DNA of 62,730 bases, filler included, from Stramenopiles sp. TOSAG23-2 (Eukaryota), in NCBI GenBank assembly GCA_900128395.1. It is 7 parts of 7 records of this genome, joined end to end, with 100 filler letters (N's around TTAATTAATTAA, not from the genome) between each part and the next. Parts side by side here need not be neighbours in the genome. Positions count along the whole stretch, not along the records: positions 54,501 to 56,068 come from LT652667.1; positions 56,169 to 57,735 come from LT652668.1; positions 57,836 to 59,401 come from LT652669.1; positions 59,502 to 61,066 come from LT652670.1; positions 61,167 to 62,730 come from LT652671.1; 2 more parts are not named here. One strand, given 5' to 3'. Both the position numbers and the translations under genes were made by a program. The notes under the pieces were generated by a model, which was not told where the DNA came from, did not search any database, and was given only the letters and a program-made list of their open reading frames with translations. This document shows, piece after piece, positions 54,501-62,730 of this stretch. Position 1 is the stretch's first letter. The number at the start of each line of letters is the position of its first letter.

Positions 54501-56068
54501 GAGTATATACGCTTCGCTTGCAATGCTAAGTTTATATGCTCAGGTACCCGGAGTAGATGTTAATGTGTTATCTTTTGATTGGGCTTTTGCCTTATATAGC
54601 TTTAGCTTGGTGTGTACTTGGTAGTCTAGGTCCTAGACTTTTTTAGGCTTGGTGGGTATCGAATTGACATTATTAATAAAACAAATTGAATTTTATTATT
54701 TACTGAAATTCCAAATGCTGCAAATATCATCCAATATTATGAGCTAAATATCCATAAAAAATTAAAATTTATAAAAACAATTAAACACTATTTAATACTA
54801 TAATAGTTTAAATTTCAGTTATGGATATTAACTGTATTATCTTACTGTAAAATAATAAATAGAAATAATAAGATTAAAGTATAATCATATACTTATACTG
54901 TATCTGACTTATTATACAGTGATCAAGTATGACATACATAAAATAAATATACAGTATATGGATAATGGATTTGTGGATTTGCCAAATGATGGTGGCGAAT
55001 TTTTAATTGGTATGGATCAAACTAGGTCAGCTGATCAGTACAAATATGCTCGTTCGTTCGCTCTATATAGTCTACAGTAGTAATATACTCCGATCATAAT
55101 CAAGTCCTATTAATATTTTTAAAGTAACGCACCACCACCGCACATTATTAAAACCTAGAACCACCAGTGGCACGCACCGTACGCGTCATTAGCGTTGGAG
55201 TGATTTCGCAATCTTGCTAATCTTGCAAGATGCAGAGAGAAGAGATATCAACCTCATTTTTTAATAAGGCATTAGTACGGGATTACCTTTCATGACCGTA
55301 TTAACTCAAAATTCATCATCAAAAGAGAGGGGAGGAGTTCTGGAAAAAACATCTGAAATTACGAAAACTTTTAATTAGTAGGTAAATAGCAGGTGATTTG
55401 AGAGCGGACCACTCGTGGTAATGGCAATGAAACAGACAACAGACAATCTGGCACAATCCACATCTTTCAATACTAATTCAATAGTAATTGTTTTTGTAGA
55501 ACACAAAATAGCTTCTTTATAAAAACACAGAATATTCTTATATATAAAAACATACATACATGTTAGACAAAAGATCAATTAGATAAGAACAGATCAAAGA
55601 AGCGAAACACATTTTTGATTTTAACATATAGTGTTCGTCTTATTAGAATACCAATAATAACAACAATTCATTTGTGAAATATCAATATTATCGCTGAAAT
55701 ATTCTGCTAAATATATTTGATATATTACATTATTATTTTACGAAATTCCAGAATAAAGAAAAAAAAAGAAGAAAGTCAACATTTTCCCCTCTTTTTTTTA
55801 TTTTTTTTTATTTGAAATATATAATAAACAGTTCGGTACAATTTTTAATTTTTGTAGCTAATTATAATCGCCCCCTCCCCGATTGTCGTGTATAGTGTTT
55901 TGTGTATTGTGCGAGTCTTTTTTTTTGTCAAGCATATCTCAAGTCCTAACTAGCAAACGTTTTTTTTAATATACGCTCCATCCACAGTCTCTTTGTAAAA
56001 ACAAGTCGAAGCAAAGGTGTGTATATATAATATAATATACAATATTTTAAAGTCTCAAAACATTGTAT

Positions 56069-56168
56069 NNNNNNNNNNNNNNNNNNNNNNNNNNNNNNNN
56101 NNNNNNNNNNNNTTAATTAATTAANNNNNNNNNNNNNNNNNNNNNNNNNNNNNNNNNNNNNNNNNNNN
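56069..56168. other. Artificial contig linker
   Basis: 44N-TTAATTAATTAA-44N. Confidence 0.98.
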
Positions 56169-57735
56169 GCTACAGGTAATCAAGGTATGAAAGGTAACGA
56201 TGGACAAAAAGGTGATCAAGGTATAAAAGGTAATGATGGCCAAAAAGGTGAACGTGGTGAAAGAGGAGCAACAGGCACACCAGGTAATCAAGGTATTCAA
56301 GGTGAACGCGGTATGAAAGGAGATCAAGGTGATCAAGGTATAAAAGGTAACGATGGCCAAAAAGGCGAACGTGGTGAAAGAGGAGCTACAGGTAATCAAG
56401 GTATGAAAGGTAACGTGGTGAAAGAGGAGCAACAGGCACACCAGGTAATCAAGGTATTCAAGGTGAACGCGGTATGAAAGGAGATCAAGGTTTACAAGGT
56501 CCAAAAGGTAATGATGGACAAAAAGGCGAACTTGGTGAAAGAGGAGCAACAGGCACACCAGGTAATCAAGGTGAACAAGGTATACAAGGACCTCGGGGAC
56601 CAAAAGGTGAACGTGGTAATGATGGGACGGGTTTGAACGTAAAAGGTTTTAAAATAGGTCAAACATATCATCATGGGGATTACGTATTTTCAAAATCAAG
56701 TATAGATGATCATGATTCAATGTATATTGCGGAGAAAGCTACATTTAAAGCAGAAAAGCTGCCATATGCTGATTTAGATTCAAAAAATTGGGTTGAGTTT
56801 CATGCGCCACGTGGAGTTGATGGTAAAAACGGAACACAGGGACCACGTGGAGAACGAGGATTGCCTGGGAATGATGCTAATGCAACCATATTAAAACAGC
56901 AAGAAGCAGCGGAGGCAAAGGAAATTAACATTTTAAAGTCTGAAATGAAAACCATGGTAACACGCGATGTGATGAAACGAGCAATCCAAGAAAATGTAGA
57001 TGAAATGAAGAAATTAATCGGTGCAGGAAATAGAAAATATGATCCTAATCAACATTACAAAAATCATCATACTCCAATGTACACTCATGGCCATAGTTCT
57101 GGTTCAGGTCACGATTCAATGCCTGGTACAGGCCACGATCCAATACATCAGGATCAACGTTACACTGATGATCATTCACCAATGCCAACTGGTATCAATG
57201 GATCATCCGGATCAACTGGTACAGGTAGAAATGATATGAAACCAACTCGACCTTATGATGCAAATAAAACCAATGACGATACTGCAACTGATATCAACGG
57301 ATCACCAAAACCAACTCGACCTTACGATGCAAATGAAACCAATGACGATACTGCAACTGGTATCAACGGATCATCCGGATCAACTGGTACAGGTAGAAAT
57401 GATATGAAACCAACTCGACCTTATGATGCAAATGAAACCAATGACGATACTGCAACTGGTATCAACGGATCACCCGGATCAACTGGTACAGGTAGAAATG
57501 ATATGAAACCAACTCGACCTTATGATGCAAATAAAACCAATGACGATACTGCAACTGGTATCAACGGATCACAAGCAGAACAAGCAACGAAACGTGAAGA
57601 AGCATTGAAGAAAGCAGAAGAAGATAAAAAAGAAAAAATACGCATGGAAGCTCATGAGAAAAAAGTTGAAGCTGATCGTCTAGCTGAGTTGGAAAAGAGG
57701 AAAAAAGAAGAAGCAGATAAATTAGCTGCAAAATT
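56169..57735 (+). CDS. Collagen-like (Gly-X-Y) protein, partial at both ends, with a frameshift at ~56415, 33-aa tandem repeats and a coiled coil
   Basis: Continuous GXY from the contig start; a 19-nt deletion shifts the frame; repeats TGINGSSGSTGTGRNDMKPTRPYDAN(K/E)TNDDTA at ~57187-57570. Confidence 0.85.
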
Positions 57736-57835
57736 NNNNNNNNNNNNNNNNNNNNNNNNNNNNNNNNNNNNNNNNNNNNTTAATTAATTAANNNNNNNNN
57801 NNNNNNNNNNNNNNNNNNNNNNNNNNNNNNNNNNN
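57736..57835. other. Artificial contig linker
   Basis: 44N-TTAATTAATTAA-44N. Confidence 0.98.
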
Positions 57836-59400
57836 AATCAGTACCAAAACCATTATGAGTTGTTTCTTTACTTTTAATTCCTTGTTTTGTTAAATAATTC
57901 TTGCGAACTGCAATTAAACTATTAATTTCAGACGCACCAACTCCAAGATAATGCTTGTCGAATAATCTGGTTACCAGATCTAATGGAATGTATTCGAATT
58001 TACCAGAAACTGCCAATACTTCAACACTTCGATGCAGTTCTTTCCAATGAAGTCTTAAGCTTCTTTTTAATTTTGTAAAAATATCATCAAGACTTCGTTG
58101 TTTTTGGTTCTTGTCTTTCTTTCGAGGCAACACCAACAGTGCCAGCTTTCGCTTCTTTACCAGTGGTAGCTGCGCTTGTATCCGTTTTGTTTCCAGTAGG
58201 AACTCTTGTCGAAGCTCCAGTTGCGGTTTTATTCTTTCGTTCAGCATCATCTGCGTTACTATTTGCCTTTTGCCCTTCCATTGATGACAATTTTCTCTTT
58301 TTAGCTAGTGCCCTATATGCATCTTTCCGCTCCAATAAATATGCTCTCAAAGAGTAGTACAATGCTTGAGGAAACATATTGGCTAAGCCTTTCAAAATGG
58401 CCCATACCTGCTTATTGTTTTTACAGCCTAGTAAAGATAATAATTGCGGCAACCAAACGATCCAACTCCACATCAATGTATCTTCAACATGCGTATCAAA
58501 AACTGCAGCTAAACGTCCACTAGGATCGTCGCATTGCAATAGTCGCAAGACACGTGACAATATTAACCTGGTATTGTGACTGTTTGTGGAAGTATGAACA
58601 GCATGCAAGTAGCATGACATTGCATTTACCGCATATTCCAACCTCAAACCAGTCAGTGGTGTATTATTAATATTTTGTATGCCATGTTTTAAAACCGAGT
58701 CAAACTGTTGCACCTCTTTCTTGAACGAGTCATTGTCACTTTTTCCATCCTCTTGATCCACTTCCATGGCATCTCCTTCAACTTTTTCTATTAAAACTTC
58801 ATTGCAAGCGATATGCAATAATCTGTCGTAAAATTGGGCCCAACTTAACCATCCTTCTCCACTATCATCACTAATACACATTCCTTTAGCAAAAGATTCT
58901 TGTGCTTTATTTACATCGCCTAATCTTTCAAAAAATAATCCTTTTAACCTGAACAATTCACTTTGCTGCTCTTTTGAGAAATACCCAAAATTGGTTTTAT
59001 TAAGCATCACCAACCCATTATTTAGTAACAAAGGATCTTCTAAACACATTGATACTTGTTGTGTTAATTTATCAAAGACTTCGGCCAATTCCATCTTTTG
59101 AATTCGTGATAATTTGTCTAGGCAGACTAAGGATAAACCATCTAATTTCTGCTTTTGCGCAACTGTGCACAATTGCAATAATGTCCATGGTTCATCTTGC
59201 ACTTTTGTATTTTTGTTCTTTCGATTGTTTTGTTTAGATGATTGTCGTCCATTTCGAGCTTGATCTTCAGCTTTGATAATATCAAACATGTGCAACCGCC
59301 ACGATAAAATGTCGGTCCAAATTGTCGCGTCTTCCCAGTCATTTGGCAAGCGCTCTTTCCAAACGTGCAAATGCGTCGTTAAATCTGGCATTTGGTGGGG
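57836..59400 (-). CDS. TRRAP: TRRAP/Tra1 (PIKK family) FAT-domain fragment with an apparent frameshift near 58090
   Basis: WKERLPNDWEDATIWTDILSWRLHMF, QSELFRLKGLF, AMSCYLHAV, WSWIVWLPQLL, FPQALYYSLRAYLLE. Confidence 0.85.
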
Positions 59401-59401
59401 G

Positions 59402-59501
59402 NNNNNNNNNNNNNNNNNNNNNNNNNNNNNNNNNNNNNNNNNNNNTTAATTAATTAANNNNNNNNNNNNNNNNNNNNNNNNNNNNNNNNNNNNNNNNNNN
59501 N
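59402..59501. other. Artificial contig linker
   Basis: 44N-TTAATTAATTAA-44N. Confidence 0.98.
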
Positions 59502-59571
59502 TATAAAAGAATCATATTTTATATATAGTATCACATGTCAATACAAACAAAAGTAATTACAAAAGAAAAAC

Positions 59572-59916
59572 ATGACACGTGGTGCACAGAGAGATCGCGA
59601 TAGGTTGAAAGCTCAAGCCAGAGCAGCAAAAAATGCAAAGAAATCTGGTAGTGGTCAAAGTGCCATGTCAAGAAACCAAACAGATGCAGAAAGATTAGCA
59701 GCAAAAAGGGCTGCAAAGGAAAAGGCAAAGGCGGAAGGGAAGGATGTAGGGAAGCAGCGGAATATGGGATCGAAAAATCCATACGCAGGTAGGAAGAAAT
59801 TAGGTAAAAACGAGAAAATAGTAAATCCGCATACTGGTAAAAAAGATAATAAGTTAACTGCGAAAGCATTGAAAGCTAATCAAAAAGGAGGAGGCAAAAA
59901 TGGAAAGAAGCGATGA
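59572..59916 (+). CDS. SERF: Small EDRK-rich factor (SERF/4F5) family protein with basic C-terminal extension
   Basis: MTRGAQRDRDRLKAQAR...DAERLAAKRA. Confidence 0.8.
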   Translation: MTRGAQRDRDRLKAQARAAKNAKKSGSGQSAMSRNQTDAERLAAKRAAKEKAKAEGKDVGKQRNMGSKNPYAGRKKLGKNEKIVNPHTGKKDNKLTAKALKANQKGGGKNGKKR

Positions 59917-60156
59917 ACTAATATTAATATTTTTAGATAAAAAAGGTTGTTTCGATCGCAGTAAAAATAAAAAAAAACTATACACACACACTTATTAAAA
60001 CGAGAGGGGACACACATCACTCTCTCGCATATTTCTTTCTTTTTCACAAAAAAATACACGAAGTAATATTATTAAATTCTTTTTTATTTAAATATATATC
60101 TAGAATATATATACACACATTATCACACATCCTTCTCTTTTTTTTTATTAAAATTA

Positions 60157-61023
60157 TTACATAAAGTATTGTCCACCACCACCTTGTAATTGTGGCCTTG
60201 GTGCCTTTTGTTGCTCTTCTGGTACTTCACGAAATACTTTAAATTCACGCTCCAAATTATCTTTAAATGACAATATTGCTGCAATATTACCACATCGATA
60301 ACAATAATTTGGTGCACTCCATACTGTTACTAAATTCTTTTCTGGAAACATATATTTATATCCTTCTTGTACTAATTGATGCGCACGACATATTAATTCC
60401 AAGCCATTGATGTGATTAAATTCAGAGGTAACACGATGTCCAAATAAAAATCCAGCACCACGTGGGGATACCGCCCATGTTTCAATGTCTTCTGGATCTG
60501 ACCATACTAAATCACAAAAAGAACCTTCATTTGGTATTTCCTGTGCTCTATCCAATATACGTATTTGATCCAATGTACGTATATCTGGGGATAAACCTCC
60601 ATGTACGCATAATATACGCCCATCAATAACAGCTGCTAAATTTAAATAATCAAACACTTCCGTGCAATATTTCCATGGATTTGGATTGCCATATTTACGT
60701 ACACATTCTTCATAAAAACCATAAACTTGTGTAATTTGTCTGGATTCATGGTTACCACGTAATAATGTGATATGAGCTGGATAACGTGCTTTTAAACATA
60801 ATAATAATTCAAACGTTTCTACGCTATTGTGGCCACGATCTACAAAATCACCAAGAAAAATGTATTTAGTATTTGGTATTTCACCACCTGTACGAAACAA
60901 TTCTAATAAATCATCAAATTGACCATGTATATCCCCACATACAGTTACAGGTGAAGCAACTGGTTGCACGTTTGACTCTTCCACTAATATTTCTTTCACA
61001 ATTTCACATACACGTCTTAAATC
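60157..61023 (-). CDS. PPP6C: Ser/Thr protein phosphatase 6 catalytic subunit, N-terminus missing
   Basis: [72 protein letters not shown]. Confidence 0.9.
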   Translation of the reverse strand, partial: DLRRVCEIVKEILVEESNVQPVASPVTVCGDIHGQFDDLLELFRTGGEIPNTKYIFLGDFVDRGHNSVETFELLLCLKARYPAHITLLRGNHESRQITQVYGFYEECVRKYGNPNPWKYCTEVFDYLNLAAVIDGRILCVHGGLSPDIRTLDQIRILDRAQEIPNEGSFCDLVWSDPEDIETWAVSPRGAGFLFGHRVTSEFNHINGLELICRAHQLVQEGYKYMFPEKNLVTVWSAPNYCYRCGNIAAILSFKDNLEREFKVFREVPEEQQKAPRPQLQGGGGQYFM

Positions 61024-61066
61024 CCATAAAACAATGGAACCGGATAAGGTACCTGCTACTACAATA

Positions 61067-61166
61067 NNNNNNNNNNNNNNNNNNNNNNNNNNNNNNNNNN
61101 NNNNNNNNNNTTAATTAATTAANNNNNNNNNNNNNNNNNNNNNNNNNNNNNNNNNNNNNNNNNNNN
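61067..61166. other. Artificial contig linker
   Basis: 44N-TTAATTAATTAA-44N. Confidence 0.98.
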
Positions 61167-61171
61167 TAGCA

Positions 61172-62198
61172 TTGCCAAAATATACACGTAATAAAGATCG
61201 TTTAGTTTACGAAAGTCTTCGTATGAAATTAGCAATGGAAGATCCACCAGTATTGCCAGATGACGATGGTGTTACAAAGGGTACGTTTGAAAAACGTATG
61301 AAAGAATTGGAAGAAGATGTTATTTTGGGATTTTATCGACGTGATGGAGAATGTCAAAAATGCCCTGATTGTGTCATTTGCATCATAGTAGGGCTCATAT
61401 CATTGATCCTTGTTATTTGTGCCATGGCAATTTATTTTGATAAGGAAAAAAGCAAGATTAATTTTGCATTTTTATCCATTGGAGTAGATTATTTTCAAGT
61501 CATCTCGCTATTTGCACAGACGGGTATACCATGGCCACCATGGTTGAAAGAATTATTACAATGGTTGTCCATATTTAATTTTAACATAGATGTTGCTGCA
61601 CCAGAATGTATTATACCAGATTTTGATTATACGGTAAAATGGTGGGGAACAATATTATTGCCATTACTTATTGTTGCTTTATTATTGTTATTTTTTGTTT
61701 GTGGTATTATTTATAAATCATGGTGTGGAAAACCAAAACGTGGGGAAGATGTTCGTGGTGTAACACATCATGGTCATAAAATTGTTGCATTATGGGTTAT
61801 AATTATGGTAAGTAATCTCTTAAATAAAAATACATGAATATTGTTTCGAAGTATGAAATTATTTACTAACATATATCGATTTTCCTATTTTTATTTAGTA
61901 CTATTTATATATTATGGTAACACGAAGGGCATTTAGTATCTTTGATTGTAATCCACCAACACCACCAGATGGTTATAAATACACGTCATTTACTAGTGTT
62001 AATTGCAATGGTGGTTTATGCCGTTGCGATGATGAGGAAGAGCGTACACAATTGGATTTACAAGCTCCTGCAGCTGTTTTCATTTTATTGTATACATTAG
62101 GTTACCCCTTGTTTGTCATGTATGTAGTATTGAATCATAATTTGCAAAATGTGTTGCCAAATCTCCAATTAACTTACATTCCTATGATAAATGCATAA
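61172..62198 (+). CDS. Partial multi-pass membrane protein (Cys-rich CxxCP then TM region), exons to 61807 and from 61899; probably truncated near 62130
   Basis: GFYRRDGECQKCP, DYFQVISLF..IPWP..LSIFNFNIDVAAPEC; 91-bp GT-AG intron 61808-61898 with CTAAC keeps the frame. Confidence 0.7.
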
Positions 62199-62672
62199 GA
62201 AATTGTAATAGTTAGAGTATAATTTCAAAATATAAATATTTAAAAAGAGATTAGATAATAGTATATTACTTACTTGCGTAGATAATGATTCATAGCCTTC
62301 ACTTGCACAAGTTCCATTTGTAATACGTACAATATTTTCTGTAAAGTCAACAGGATCGTATGTTTGAGATTCGATATAAGTTCTATAAATACTAGATTTA
62401 TTTTGTGCCACGCGTGTACAATCGTCATGAGTCATTGTATCTAAGCCAGTATCTTCACAAGTTGCTACATCTTCTATCAGGACATATTCTGTATATTTTG
62501 ATAAGGAAGGCGAGTTATCCGTAATATTGTTAGTATAACATTTAATATTTTCTATAGGGCATGTTATTGCTGCAAATTTAAAATTTTCACCATTACTTTT
62601 AACTTTTATAATTAGACAACATATTGTCAAAACTATAGCTATGATAGTGTTTCTTGTTTTGTATACAACCAT
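62116..62672 (-). CDS. Secreted Cys-repeat protein, exons 62672-62274 and from 62181; probably truncated
   Basis: Signal peptide; repeat TCEDTGLDTMTHDDC / TCASEGYESLSTQ-EC completed by splicing out a 92-bp GT-AG intron 62273-62182. Confidence 0.65.
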
Positions 62673-62730
62673 CTTTCTTGGTTTCTTGGTGAATATTTTA
62701 TTATTATTATTATTATAATTATTATGATAA

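Noticed and set aside
55330-55760. RNase P/MRP RNA (gagttctgga pairing with tccagaat)
   Set aside because: Internal conserved regions are not found, and the intervening sequence is too AT-rich and unstructured.
27156-61166. TTAATTAATTAA inside N runs as a biological repeat or CRISPR-like array
   Set aside because: It is an identical 100-bp artificial six-frame-stop linker; contig sizes step down (1568 to 1564), showing concatenation.
61167-61325. LPKYT... at the contig start as a HECT ligase C-terminus
   Set aside because: Too short, and the catalytic Cys context is missing; it may be another chimeric segment but cannot be assigned.

Overview
This is AT-rich, gene-dense, intron-poor eukaryotic DNA from a unicellular eukaryote. 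My inference from protein families and short GT-AG introns (mostly with a CTAAC-type branch point) is a flagellated protist, possibly a marine stramenopile SAG or MAG. The window is not one locus: six identical 100-bp linkers (44N + TTAATTAATTAA + 44N) join seven contigs of 27155, 27145, 1568, 1567, 1566, 1565 and 1564 bp, so no synteny should be read across them. Recognisable genes include an ADF-H/SH3BGR fusion, JmjC and PhyH 2OG-Fe(II) oxygenases, a cytochrome b5 multidomain protein, CutA, an F-box protein, a cNMP/EF-hand protein, DIS3L2, WBP2-like, a C2H2 zinc finger, POP4, HROB, a RING/EF-hand protein, a MATCAP-like metallopeptidase, FKBP, a collagen-like protein, a TRRAP fragment, SERF and PP6c. 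Five signals stand out. (1) A 3.4-kb cassette (42012-45474) is bounded by identical 90-bp direct repeats carrying a palindromic 6-6-6 recombinase-like site; it holds a possible decayed tyrosine recombinase and two intact cargo genes. (2) A second cassette between ~90-bp direct repeats holds a secreted Cys-repeat/polyacidic/polylysine protein. (3) A sharply bounded ~60-65% GC oxygenase fragment sits next to a possible GIY-YIG/T5orf172 remnant. (4) Two proteins have a compact domain (cNMP-binding, RING) split by EF-hand insertions. (5) A repeat region with telomere-like motifs ends contig 1. Several junctions look like amplification or assembly chimeras, so structural claims need read-level confirmation. 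All family assignments come from motif recognition by eye, not database searches.
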